Below, piece by piece: positions 26,564-36,481 of a stretch of 64,000 bases of DNA. Below the pieces are notes generated by a model that worked only from the letters and a program-made list of their open reading frames with translations, was not told the origin of the DNA and ran no database searches. Location of the stretch: NCBI GenBank assembly GCA_019894975.1, contig JAGXNO010000013.1:1-64000 (forward strand), in the 5' to 3' direction. Position 1 is the stretch's first letter. Each line of letters starts with the position of its first letter. The translations under genes and the position numbers were made by a program. This DNA is from Promethearchaeota archaeon. GTDB lineage: Archaea; Asgardarchaeota; Lokiarchaeia; Sigyniarchaeales; SOKP01.

Positions 26564-27898
26564 TTGCCATCCACCTTAGAAAAGATACGGGTTTTAGGAG
26601 AAAACTCAAAATACGATATATGTGCTTCCACGGCTTCAACTAGAACAGATAAATACCCAAAGCTTTTTGGAAATACAAAAGAATGGATTGGAACTACAGC
26701 TAGTGCGGGGATTTGTCATAGTTATACACCTGATGGTCGATGCATGAGTTTATTCAAAACTCTATATACTAACAAATGTATTTATAATTGTAAGTATTGT
26801 TTTTCTAATACATGTAAACGAAAGATGAGTTTTACACCTGAAGAATATGCTCGGACTTTTATGAAACTGTATTCGATGAATGTTGTTGAGGGGGTGTTTA
26901 TATCATCAGGTATATGCGGGAGTGCTGATCAAACAACTGAAGAAATGTTAGAAGCCATTCGATTACTTCGATTCAAATATAATTTTCGAGGATATGTACA
27001 TTTTAAGTGCTTACCAGGTGCAAGTCAATATCTACTCAAAGAGGCAATATCTCTTTCTGATCGCATTTCAATTAATACAGAAGCTTCTTCTAAGGATTAT
27101 CTTTCTGAAATTTCACCAGAAAAAGACTTCAAAAATGATATAATAATGAGACAAAGCTGGTTAAAAAGTCTCCGTTTGAAGAATAACGAAGAATCTCTAA
27201 AAGAAATGAAAGATATGAAACAGGACACTATGTCTAAATTACAATTCCAAGAAAGAATGATAAAGGAAAGAAGAAAAAACGGATATAGGGCATTTCGCTG
27301 GGATGGAGCTCCAATTCTAAATAGTGGCCAAACAACTCAGTTTGTTATTGGTGCTGCGGAATCAGAAACGGATCTAGATCTCTTAAATATGATAGATTGG
27401 CAATATCGTACTGTTGATATAAGGCGCGCCTATTTTTCAGCGTTTATTCCCATTGAAGGAACACCTCTGGGCAATAAAAAACCCGCTCCATTAGAAAGAG
27501 AACATAGGTTATATCAAGCAGATTGGCTTTTAAGAATATATCATTATAAATTAAAAGATATAAAGGAAATTATCACTGAAGAGGGAAACTTACCGAAAGG
27601 GGATCCAAAACTCCATTTTGCAAGAGAGTATTTCAAACATCATAATCTTGTAGATCCAAATAATGCTTCCTACCAAGAATTATTACGAGTTCCAGGAATT
27701 GGGCCAATTTCAGCAAAGAGGATTGTAAATTTACGTAAAGGTAATTATGAATTCAATCGCAGAGAAGATTTAAAATCTGTTGGTGTTGTTTTAAAAAGAG
27801 CTGATCCGTTTCTCAGAGTAAATGGTAGAAATCAAAAAACCCTATCGAGTTTCCTTGAGAATGAAATTTCAAAAGAGGTTCAAAACAGTATATCATGA
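26564..27898 (+). CDS. Putative DNA modification/repair radical SAM protein with helix-hairpin-helix
   Basis: GICHSYTPDGRC, CIYNCKYC, REHRLYQADWLLR, LLRVPGIG. Confidence 0.9.
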   Translation: MPSTLEKIRVLGENSKYDICASTASTRTDKYPKLFGNTKEWIGTTASAGICHSYTPDGRCMSLFKTLYTNKCIYNCKYCFSNTCKRKMSFTPEEYARTFMKLYSMNVVEGVFISSGICGSADQTTEEMLEAIRLLRFKYNFRGYVHFKCLPGASQYLLKEAISLSDRISINTEASSKDYLSEISPEKDFKNDIIMRQSWLKSLRLKNNEESLKEMKDMKQDTMSKLQFQERMIKERRKNGYRAFRWDGAPILNSGQTTQFVIGAAESETDLDLLNMIDWQYRTVDIRRAYFSAFIPIEGTPLGNKKPAPLEREHRLYQADWLLRIYHYKLKDIKEIITEEGNLPKGDPKLHFAREYFKHHNLVDPNNASYQELLRVPGIGPISAKRIVNLRKGNYEFNRREDLKSVGVVLKRADPFLRVNGRNQKTLSSFLENEISKEVQNSIS

Positions 27899-28599
27899 GC
27901 TGTAATAATTCTCAGGATCCACTTCAAGTGAATGGGCGTTCTAGAGGTTATTCAAAAAAAGAATTACTTGAATATCTTCCCCGTCATAGTGATTTCTCAC
28001 CTATTCTTGTTCGAGAAATCAACAAATTACCTAATATAATTTTACGTAATATGGGTACTCCTTTTGCTCGAAGGATTATTAAAATGGCTAAAGAAATCTC
28101 TCTTGAAGCATATCGTGCAATACAATTTACGCGAACTGAAATTAATAACAGAGGAGTATTATATGGGACTGTGCTTCTCAAACATAAAGTAATGGATAGT
28201 GTCTTAAATTATTTCCATGAACGATGGCCTCAATGTATAATCTGTTTATATAATGAGCATAGAAAAATAACAAGCATAATTAATGAGAAGGGAATTATTC
28301 AGGAATTTAAATTACCCCTCAATAATGTTGTTGAGAAAATTAGCAGCAACCGTCCAATTATATCTTATTTTGACGATATACAATTTTCTGGTAAAGAAAT
28401 TTTCGAATCGTTATATGAATCTCAAAATATTATTGAGCGTGAAAATCCTCGATACTTTAAGAGTATGATCCCAGAGAAGTGTTATGAATTGCCTGGAATG
28501 AGAAATGGAATAGAAAAACGTTATATAGATAAACGTCATTCAGCTAAAACCAAAACTATTGATGATTTTTGCTATAAAAAAATACGTAAAAACAAATAG
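27895..28599 (+). CDS. DUF4130-like partner of the radical SAM protein
   Basis: ATGA overlap with the radical SAM gene; YFHERW and LYESQNIIERENP resemble the usual partner family. Confidence 0.65.
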   Translation: MSCNNSQDPLQVNGRSRGYSKKELLEYLPRHSDFSPILVREINKLPNIILRNMGTPFARRIIKMAKEISLEAYRAIQFTRTEINNRGVLYGTVLLKHKVMDSVLNYFHERWPQCIICLYNEHRKITSIINEKGIIQEFKLPLNNVVEKISSNRPIISYFDDIQFSGKEIFESLYESQNIIERENPRYFKSMIPEKCYELPGMRNGIEKRYIDKRHSAKTKTIDDFCYKKIRKNK

Positions 28600-28631
28600 C
28601 TATCTGTTTTTTCTCCTTGAGCAAATTTCAT

Positions 28632-29408
28632 TCAAATTATAGAAGCAAATAAGTCTTTTGCTGTTATATAAGCTTTGCTATCTACAGGTAACAACAGTAA
28701 ATTTTCACCGATTAAATTCATTTTACTGATATCATCGCTATTTGACACAAATCCTAAGAGTTTCACATTTTGTTCAGTAATCGAAGCAACTTCCTTTTCT
28801 AAGATTTCTCTAACGTCCTGGGGAAATCGATTTCCGACTATCCAAATATTTTCGAATAAAAGGTTTACTTCTTTGGTTATTTCTATTATCCGTTTCATGG
28901 TATGGAATCCCATTTTTGAAGGATCAGTCACGATGACGAGATCTGTGACGTTTCTCCCCGTTTTTCGGGCAAAGTATTCTAATCCCGCAGGGGCATCGAT
29001 GAGCACGAAATCATAATTCTTCGATAATATATCAATAATGCGTTTCAAATAATTATTAATACTACAATAGCATCCTTCTCCTTCTCCCCGACCCATTTCT
29101 AAGATATCGAAACTATCCATTTCAATTAAAGCATCAAATACCTCAGATTCAACGATTTGGTCTTTTGAGACGTCGAGAGGGATTTTTCTCTCTTGAATTT
29201 TATGTTTAAACTCAGCCATTTTTCCCCCGACGGTTTCTTTGAAATTAATTTCTTTCCCAATGATATCACCGATATTGGCATCAGGATCGGCATCGATAAC
29301 GAGGATATCAAGATTTTTATTTTTTTCAAGGAGATATTTGAGCATCAAAACAAGGAGAGTCGACTTCCCAACTCCCCCCTTTCCAGAGAATGAGATAATT
29401 TTTTTCAT
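28632..29408 (-). CDS. cooC: CooC/AcsF-like nickel-insertion ATPase
   Basis: GKGGVGKS, DADPDAN, GEGCYC, DAPAGLE. Confidence 0.85.
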   Translation of the reverse strand: MKKIISFSGKGGVGKSTLLVLMLKYLLEKNKNLDILVIDADPDANIGDIIGKEINFKETVGGKMAEFKHKIQERKIPLDVSKDQIVESEVFDALIEMDSFDILEMGRGEGEGCYCSINNYLKRIIDILSKNYDFVLIDAPAGLEYFARKTGRNVTDLVIVTDPSKMGFHTMKRIIEITKEVNLLFENIWIVGNRFPQDVREILEKEVASITEQNVKLLGFVSNSDDISKMNLIGENLLLLPVDSKAYITAKDLFASII

Positions 29409-29570
29409 GAATTACAGTTTAAAATTATTAATTTATCGTTATTTAATGTAAATTGAACTAAAATTAAAAATATACTATAAATAATTAAAAAGAATTAGAT
29501 GTTTTGTAGTAAGAAAAATTAACTTGTTTTACATAGAAATTAATAAATAATAGAAAAATAAGAAGAAATT

Positions 29571-30023
29571 ATGGTAATACGAGAAATTAAGAAAAATGAG
29601 ATTGATAAGCTATTAAAATTATATACCCATCTCCATCGGAAGGATGTTCCTCTGCCAGAAAAATCAAAATTAATAGCTATTTGGGAAGAAATCACCACTG
29701 ATCCGCGATTACATTACTTTGTTTTAGAAATTGATAATGAACTTGTATCTTCTTGTACGCTTTCTATTATCCCTAATTTAACCCGGGGAGGACGCCCGTA
29801 TGGTTTGATTGAAAACGTGGTAACCCATGCTGAGTATCGCAGACGTGGATTTGGAACTTCAATTCTCCAACACGCCCTTGAAAAAGCTTGGGAACATATT
29901 TGTTATAAAGTCATGTTATTAACAGGCTCAAAAGATCCTGCAATTCATCAATTTTATGAAAAGACAGGATTTCAAAAGGGATTAAAAACAGGGTTTGTAG
30001 CAAACGCGCCTGATTATTCATAA
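29571..30023 (+). CDS. GNAT N-acetyltransferase
   Basis: IENVVT..YRRRGFG, FYEKTGF. Confidence 0.88.
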   Translation: MVIREIKKNEIDKLLKLYTHLHRKDVPLPEKSKLIAIWEEITTDPRLHYFVLEIDNELVSSCTLSIIPNLTRGGRPYGLIENVVTHAEYRRRGFGTSILQHALEKAWEHICYKVMLLTGSKDPAIHQFYEKTGFQKGLKTGFVANAPDYS

Positions 30024-30039
30024 TTGGAGTGATAAAATT

Positions 30040-30714
30040 CTGGAAAATGTAAGTGGAAAAAGAAAGATTAAAGGAATAATTTTTGATTTTGATTTCACTT
30101 TAGCAGATTCATCAAGAGGGGTGGTAGAATGTGTAAATTATGCTTTAAAAGAGCTGGGTTTTTCTGAGGTTGCAGAAAAAGAGATTTTTATTACAATAGG
30201 GCTTACTCTTGAACACACGCTCATAAAATTGGTAGGAGAAAACAATGTTGAAAAAACGGAGGAATTCAAAAATCTATTTATCAAAAGAGCGGATGAGGTA
30301 ATGGCAGATTTAACTATAGTATTTAATGAGACCCCCACTATTATCAAAAAGTTAAATGAAAAAACAATAAAGTTAGCTATTGTTTCTACCAAATTTAGAT
30401 ATAGAATAGAGGATATATTGCGAAGAGAAAATCTCTTAAATTATTTTGATGTTATTATAGGAGGTGAGGATGTTTCATCCCTTAAACCTGATCCAACTGG
30501 GTTGAAATTAGCTATTGAAAAATTGGAGTTGAATTCTTCAGAGGTTTTCTATATAGGTGACAGTATAACCGATGCAAAAACGGCTTATAATGCGGATATT
30601 CTTTTTATTGCTGTTCTTTCAGGGGTTACTTCTGAGAGAGACTTTGGTGAATTCCAAGTAGAATATTTTCTTAAAGATATCTCTGAATTGCCAGAAATAT
30701 TGTTTAATAAGTAA
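30040..30714 (+). CDS. HAD-family phosphatase (start upstream of the ORF-track call)
   Basis: Motif I (IIFDFDFTL) lies in frame upstream of GTG 30121; KPDP and YIGDS present; GGAGTGA at 30026-30032 precedes ATT 30037 / CTG 30040. Confidence 0.85.
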   Translation: MENVSGKRKIKGIIFDFDFTLADSSRGVVECVNYALKELGFSEVAEKEIFITIGLTLEHTLIKLVGENNVEKTEEFKNLFIKRADEVMADLTIVFNETPTIIKKLNEKTIKLAIVSTKFRYRIEDILRRENLLNYFDVIIGGEDVSSLKPDPTGLKLAIEKLELNSSEVFYIGDSITDAKTAYNADILFIAVLSGVTSERDFGEFQVEYFLKDISELPEILFNK

Positions 30715-30749
30715 GAAATAGAATTTAATTAAATTTTTCAAGAAGATTT

Positions 30750-31553
30750 TTATTCTTGTCGATAAACTGGGACAATTTTGCTTGTGAATTCAGTCAAATC
30801 ATAATCAAATTCTTCTTCACTAGCAATCTTCCCTAATTCCAGTAATATATGTCTAGCTAAGAGCCAAAAAGCTAATCCCAGTGCCTTTTTACCTCGATTA
30901 TTTGCTGGAACTGCTAGATCTATGCCATTAAGAGTATCATCAGTATCAAAAAGAGCAACAACGGGAACACGTGCTAATTTTGCTTCTCTTAAAATTACTT
31001 TATCCGCATGGGGATCAACAATTACAACAACACTAGCATCCTTTATGTATGTACCTATAAGTGGATTAGTCAAACTTCCAGGAATAAATCGAGTTGTCAC
31101 TTCTTTACATCCCAAGACTTCACAGAATTTTTTAACTGGTTCTTTTCCGTATCTTCGTACAGAAGTAACAATTACCCTATCACTCCCTTCTTCAATATAC
31201 TTGCTTAAGAACTTCGCAGCAATCTTTAATCTTTCATCTGTTTTAGTTAAGTCAATAACATACAACCCATAGTTGGTTTGTCTATAGATAAATCTTCGGG
31301 CATCACCAGTTAACAGTTTAGTACCAATATGGATACCACAACTTAAATAGAGTTGTTTTCTTTCCTCATCTTTATCAACGAGTTCCTCTCTTAATTCTAT
31401 TCCTGCCTCTATGTCTTCAGTATCTAATAACTCCAGTTCTTCCTCTAGATCCAAATCTTCTTCAAAATCTATTTCAAGAGTTTCTTCAAAGTCTTCTAAT
31501 GTCTCGTCTTTCTTTTCACTTTCTTCTTCGGTCTTTTTCTTTTTCCTAGCCAA
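30750..31553 (-). CDS. rps2: 30S ribosomal protein uS2 with acidic N-terminal extension
   Basis: GIHIGTK, RFIPGSLTNP, PANNRG. Confidence 0.95.
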   Translation of the reverse strand: MARKKKKTEEESEKKDETLEDFEETLEIDFEEDLDLEEELELLDTEDIEAGIELREELVDKDEERKQLYLSCGIHIGTKLLTGDARRFIYRQTNYGLYVIDLTKTDERLKIAAKFLSKYIEEGSDRVIVTSVRRYGKEPVKKFCEVLGCKEVTTRFIPGSLTNPLIGTYIKDASVVVIVDPHADKVILREAKLARVPVVALFDTDDTLNGIDLAVPANNRGKKALGLAFWLLARHILLELGKIASEEEFDYDLTEFTSKIVPVYRQE

Positions 31554-31595
31554 TATAGAACCCTTATTTATTTTATATGTATATCTATTTTAAAA

Positions 31596-31614
31596 TTGAA
31601 AGTAATACTTTCAA
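31596..31614. promoter_or_regulatory. Perfect 9-1-9 palindrome in a divergent intergenic region; candidate operator
   Basis: TTGAAAGTA-A-TACTTTCAA, about 43 nt upstream of the rps2 start. Confidence 0.4.
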
Positions 31615-31777
31615 CTAATTATGAATACTTGAGTAAATACATTATAACTTTAATATTTTATCGAGAGGAAGTTTCTAATTAATTCAGAACTTAGGAATTA
31701 CTAATAACAAAAATGATTTTAATTATTATTCAATCACAATAATAATATATGAAATTAAATTTATGCTAGTTTAAATC

Positions 31778-32266
31778 ATGGCTTCCTACCGTTTGATTTT
31801 TGGGATTATCATAGGTATTATTTTAAGCTTTTTCAGTGTGTTCTTCTTTAACATGACAGGGGTTATTACTCAAATAAAGCAATATGTTGGATCTGATACT
31901 ATCAAAGCTGCTTCACTATTAGTAGGTGCTAATTTTGATTTTGACATGATTTCATTTTTTACAAGCAACCCCACAATTCTTGGTTTCTTTGCCCCAGAAT
32001 TGTTAGCATGGATTTTCTTAGGATTTTTAAGTGGCGCTATAGCAAAAGGTACAAAAAGAGGAGTAGTAACAGGATTACTAATTGTTGTAATCGATGTATT
32101 ATTATGGATCATATTCAGCATCGTTTCTGGTGAGGATTTAATGGCTCTATTTCAAGACACACAATTATCTGAGACTTTAGGTGGGATAATAAGCGCAATT
32201 TTGGGAGCTTTTATAGGAGGAGGACTTGGAGGTTTAATCAGCGGACCATATGAAGAATTTTATTAA
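31778..32266 (+). CDS. Hypothetical Gly-rich membrane protein (about 4 TM)
   Basis: Hydrophobic segments with GxxxG patterns. Confidence 0.7.
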   Translation: MASYRLIFGIIIGIILSFFSVFFFNMTGVITQIKQYVGSDTIKAASLLVGANFDFDMISFFTSNPTILGFFAPELLAWIFLGFLSGAIAKGTKRGVVTGLLIVVIDVLLWIIFSIVSGEDLMALFQDTQLSETLGGIISAILGAFIGGGLGGLISGPYEEFY

Positions 32267-32450
32267 AAGTAATTACCATTTTTCTATTTTTTTCTAAAAT
32301 AATTTACCAATATTCATGAAATAGCTCTAAGAATATAGATTTACCTCCTTTTTTCAAACTATATACCAAAATAAATAAGTTAATTATCGTACGGGATACC
32401 CATTTTTTTATACGTAAAACTTAAAGTAAATTGTCATCTTATAAAATTTA

Positions 32451-32987
32451 ATGGACCGGAAAGAAGATATTTTACCAGATCGAGATTATGTAATCGATCT
32501 TCTTAGAACGCTGAAAATTCCGCATTCAGTTCGTCGACATTCTGAAAAAGTGGCCATTAAAGCTTTAGAAATAGCAAATAAAATAACTAAAGCTAAAGTT
32601 GATGTAAATTTAGTGGAAATTGGTGCACTTTTACATGATATTGGTAGAACAAAGACACATGGGTTTAAACACGCCTTAATTGGAGGGAAGATTCTAAGAA
32701 AAAGAGGTTTTTCTGAGCGACTTGCTAGAATCTGTGAAACTCATATTTTGGGAGGCTTAGATTTAGAAGATGCCAAGATATTTGGTCTTCCTGAGAAAGA
32801 ATATCTACCAATTTCATTAGAAGAAAAAATAATATGTTTAGCAGACAAACATATGGCAGGAACAAATGAAGTTTCAATAACCGAAAGGTTTAATCGCTGG
32901 TTTCAAAAGTATGGGAGAAGCCAGATTTTGTTGAAATCTAAGAAACGCATTGAAAAAATCCAGGAAGAAATTGAAGGATTAATGTAA
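32451..32987 (+). CDS. HDIG-type HD-domain phosphohydrolase
   Basis: HS, LLHDIG, EEKIICLADK. Confidence 0.85.
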   Translation: MDRKEDILPDRDYVIDLLRTLKIPHSVRRHSEKVAIKALEIANKITKAKVDVNLVEIGALLHDIGRTKTHGFKHALIGGKILRKRGFSERLARICETHILGGLDLEDAKIFGLPEKEYLPISLEEKIICLADKHMAGTNEVSITERFNRWFQKYGRSQILLKSKKRIEKIQEEIEGLM

Positions 32988-33479
32988 TAATTTCTTCTTT
33001 AACTGGTTTATTATTCCTCCTTCTTTTAGTATATTGGTTAGAAAATCTGGTAATCTATCAAAATTCAATTCAAAATTTTTGGTTTTATTGAGAATCCTAC
33101 CTTTATTTAATGTAATCTCTATATGATCACCGTGAGAAAAGTTTTCTTCATTCCAATTTAATTGTATCCCTGGAATTCCTAAGTTAATTAGATTTCGAAA
33201 ATAAATTCGAGCAAATGATTTTGCAATTATCGCTTTTACTCCAAGTATCTTAAATACATTAACAGCTTCTTCCCGTGAACTACCAGTGCCAAAATTCCCC
33301 CCAGCAATGATAATATTTTCTTTTACCACTGTATTTGCAAAATTCGGATCGATGTATTTCAATGTATTCTTAGCCATCTCAGTAGTATCTCTTAGGGTTA
33401 AGGTATCAGATGGAACAATGTCATCCGTATTGATGTCATCCCCTAGGATATATACATAACCTTGAATTGTATCAATCAA
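32979..33479 (-). CDS. leuD: 3-isopropylmalate dehydratase/homoaconitase small subunit
   Basis: DINTDDI, NFGTGSSRE, SFARIYFRN. Confidence 0.88.
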   Translation of the reverse strand: MIDTIQGYVYILGDDINTDDIVPSDTLTLRDTTEMAKNTLKYIDPNFANTVVKENIIIAGGNFGTGSSREEAVNVFKILGVKAIIAKSFARIYFRNLINLGIPGIQLNWNEENFSHGDHIEITLNKGRILNKTKNFELNFDRLPDFLTNILKEGGIINQLKKKLLH

Positions 33480-34739
33480 TTATAGTACCTCCCTTGGATC
33501 TGTTATTTTTCCATATAACGCTGAAGCTGCGATCGTTGCGGGAGACGCTAAGTAAACTTGTGAACTTGGTGCTCCCATTCTCCCTACAAAATTACGATTT
33601 GAACTACTAATACAAACTTCCTCAGGTCCAAGTACCCCTAAATGACCTCCTATGCATGGGCCACATGTGGAATGTCCAACTATTGCTCCAGAGTTCAAAA
33701 AGATTTCAATTAAGCCTTCACTTAGCATCTCCTTATAAATTTCAGTTGATGCAGGGATAATAATTAATCGCGTTTTCGAATCAATTTTTTTTCCTCTAAG
33801 AATTTTTGCGGCTATACGGAAATCTTCCATTCTTCCATTGGTACAACTTCCAATAAAAGCTTGATCAATCTCAATACCCACTTGGTCTTCAATTTTAGCA
33901 AGATTTCCTGGGTTTGAAGGTTTTGCAACAACAGGAGTAATCTCTGAAAGATCAAAGTCAAATTCTTTTTCATAGGTAGCTGATTTATCGGGGTACACAT
34001 ATTTATAAGGCGGTTGAGTCCTTTTTCCTAACCATTTTGTTAATTTCTCATCTGGTAAAAAGATCCCAAATTTAGCTCCAGCTTCAACAACCATGTTTGT
34101 AATTGTCATTCTCCCATCGATTGAAATCTGTTTGATTCCTTCACCATGAAATTCCAATGATTTATAGATAGCACCTTTCGTTGATAGTTGACCTATCAGG
34201 GTTAAAATAAAATCTTTTGACATAACACCATGATTTAATTCGTTTGTAAGGTTTATTTTAAAAGATTCTGGTACCTTAAACCATAAATTCCCTGTTGCGA
34301 AGACGACTGATACGTCGGTAGCACCAATACCCGTAGAGAGACAATTAAAGGCACCATATGTTGTTGTGTGACTATCAGATCCCACTATCAGCATTCCAGG
34401 TTTGGAGAAACCCATTTCTGGTAAAACTTGATGGCATATTCCTTTATTCATTCCGATATTGTGAATGAATTTATATTTTTCCGCAAAATTTCTACAATCT
34501 TGATGCATTTCTGCTGCGGAAATTGTAGGGGCTGGAACCCAGTGATCAAGGATAAAAAAAATTTTATTTGGATCCCACACATAATCTAAGCCTAATTTCT
34601 CATATTCCCTATGAATTCGTCCTCCCAATTGCTCATGAACCATTATTAGATCGATTTCACATTCAATAAACTGTCCTGGAACCACATCCTTGTGATTTGA
34701 ATGATCTGATAATATTTTTTCAGCTATTGTATAACTCAT
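33480..34739 (-). CDS. leuC: 3-isopropylmalate dehydratase/homoaconitase large subunit
   Basis: DSHT, GSCTNGR, CGPC, NRNFVGRMG. Confidence 0.9.
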   Translation of the reverse strand: MSYTIAEKILSDHSNHKDVVPGQFIECEIDLIMVHEQLGGRIHREYEKLGLDYVWDPNKIFFILDHWVPAPTISAAEMHQDCRNFAEKYKFIHNIGMNKGICHQVLPEMGFSKPGMLIVGSDSHTTTYGAFNCLSTGIGATDVSVVFATGNLWFKVPESFKINLTNELNHGVMSKDFILTLIGQLSTKGAIYKSLEFHGEGIKQISIDGRMTITNMVVEAGAKFGIFLPDEKLTKWLGKRTQPPYKYVYPDKSATYEKEFDFDLSEITPVVAKPSNPGNLAKIEDQVGIEIDQAFIGSCTNGRMEDFRIAAKILRGKKIDSKTRLIIIPASTEIYKEMLSEGLIEIFLNSGAIVGHSTCGPCIGGHLGVLGPEEVCISSSNRNFVGRMGAPSSQVYLASPATIAASALYGKITDPREVL

Positions 34740-34745
34740 TATTCC

Positions 34746-35144
34746 TCACTCACATACTAATTGTTCATTTTTACACAGAATCTCAAAATCATTATCAAGC
34801 ATTGATATGGGCTTGCAGATTATTAAAGATGCTTCGTGTAAAACTTTAGGATCAACCTTATCTGGAGTATCAATCTTATTGTGTGTGTATTTTCCAGCAT
34901 CCCTAGTGACGATATCCACAGAATGATTTTTTCTCAAATGAAAAGGGACTGAATCTGTATGAGCTCCAGTAGACAGATGAAATCCGCTTATCTTTATATT
35001 TTCTTTGAGAGCAGCTTCATCTAAATACTTACTAAGAAGTGGTGCTATTTTTTTTCTTGGCAAGACACCATATGACTCTAAATATTCCACTCTATTTCTC
35101 GAACTTCCCGCACATGATATCATATCTAAATTAATATGAAAAAT
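34746..35144 (-). pseudogene. C-terminal remnant of an M28-family peptidase
   Basis: Frame begins IFHINLDMIS directly after a stop; has TDSVPF and THNKIDT but none of the N-terminal metal-binding motifs. Confidence 0.55.
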
Positions 35145-35159
35145 TTATGTTTTATTACT

Positions 35160-35768
35160 TTATTTCTTAATTATTCCTAATTTTTCTAACACTATGTTTT
35201 GAATCTTTTCTTGAACAAATTCAATAATTTCATTAGAATTAATTACATAATATCCTTCTTGCTTTGCTCGGGAAAGATAGAGATCCCTTACCTTATCTAA
35301 AAATGTAGTATCTTCAAATTTTTCTAAATCTTGATCAGTTTTTCGGGCTAATGCTATTTTCGGGTCTATATCCAAGATTATGGTTAAATCTGGGAGGCCT
35401 ACAAATTTATTTAATTTTTTTATCCATTCTATGGTAATGCGATCAGCCTGCAGAGATTGATAAATTATAGAAGATTCAATATAGCGATCAGAGATTACAA
35501 TGTATTCCTCATCTAATTTTTTCTTAATCTCATTATGATAGTGAAGATCTCTATCTGCTGCAAATAACAATGCATCTGTGGTAGGGGGAATTTCTTTATT
35601 CTTCAAATATTTCCTAAGTAAAATTCCAATTTCACTTTTTGATGGTTCACGAGTTAGATGGACTTTAAATCCTTTATATTCTAAAAAACTCGCGAGAAGT
35701 TGGCTGTGGGTAGTAGTGCCCGAACCATCAACTCCATCTAATACAATAAAAAAAGAATTTAGTGTCAA
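35160..35768 (-). CDS. tmk: Thymidylate kinase
   Basis: DGVDGSGTTT, TREP, LFAADR, SDRY. Confidence 0.92.
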   Translation of the reverse strand: MTLNSFFIVLDGVDGSGTTTHSQLLASFLEYKGFKVHLTREPSKSEIGILLRKYLKNKEIPPTTDALLFAADRDLHYHNEIKKKLDEEYIVISDRYIESSIIYQSLQADRITIEWIKKLNKFVGLPDLTIILDIDPKIALARKTDQDLEKFEDTTFLDKVRDLYLSRAKQEGYYVINSNEIIEFVQEKIQNIVLEKLGIIKK

Positions 35769-35957
35769 AATTCTGTAAGACTCTTAGTTTTACTCAATCG
35801 ATTTTAGCAAATTATAAATCAATAAGGAGTTATTGGTTTTAATTTTAATGAACTGAAATTATTAAAAATTTAACAAATAAAAAAAACAGATATAACCCTC
35901 CCAAAAAGATTAAAATGATTAAATATTCCAAAGAGAAATAAACTGATGAAATAAAAA

Positions 35958-36338
35958 ATGCCTACTAGTAATCCAACCGGTTTCTGTCCGAGATGTAATC
36001 AACAAGTTCTATTAAAACGTAAAGATTTCGATACTTGTTTAGCAATAATTTTATTGATTTTTACCGTGATTGGATTTTTTATTTATTTAGCTGTATACTA
36101 TAGTAGAAAAGAAGATAGATGCATTCATTGCGGTACAGAGATCAATATTCCCCCTTCTCAGAAATCGTATACCTATCAACCTCAAATTCAAACTAAATCT
36201 ACATTATCTCCTACACCAGGAAATTTAAATGAGGAAATTAAAGGAGTAATGCCTAATTACTGCCCTTTATGTGGGGAAAAATTAGAAACGGGTATAAAAT
36301 TTTGCCCAAATTGCGGTAGTAACATTACTAAAGAATAA
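35958..36338 (+). CDS. LITAF-like zinc-ribbon membrane protein with C-terminal zinc ribbon
   Basis: CPRC - hydrophobic hairpin - CIHC, then CPLC..CPNC. Confidence 0.7.
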   Translation: MPTSNPTGFCPRCNQQVLLKRKDFDTCLAIILLIFTVIGFFIYLAVYYSRKEDRCIHCGTEINIPPSQKSYTYQPQIQTKSTLSPTPGNLNEEIKGVMPNYCPLCGEKLETGIKFCPNCGSNITKE

Positions 36339-36481
36339 ATTCATAAGAAATCGAACTTCTTCCCTCTCTCTCAATTAATTTTAAAACTTATTCCAATCAA
36401 AAATTGGTCTCGAGATCATTTATCTAAAACTATAATTTATTTCAAATTAAAGAACTATAAAAAAAAGAGGTAAGATAAATA

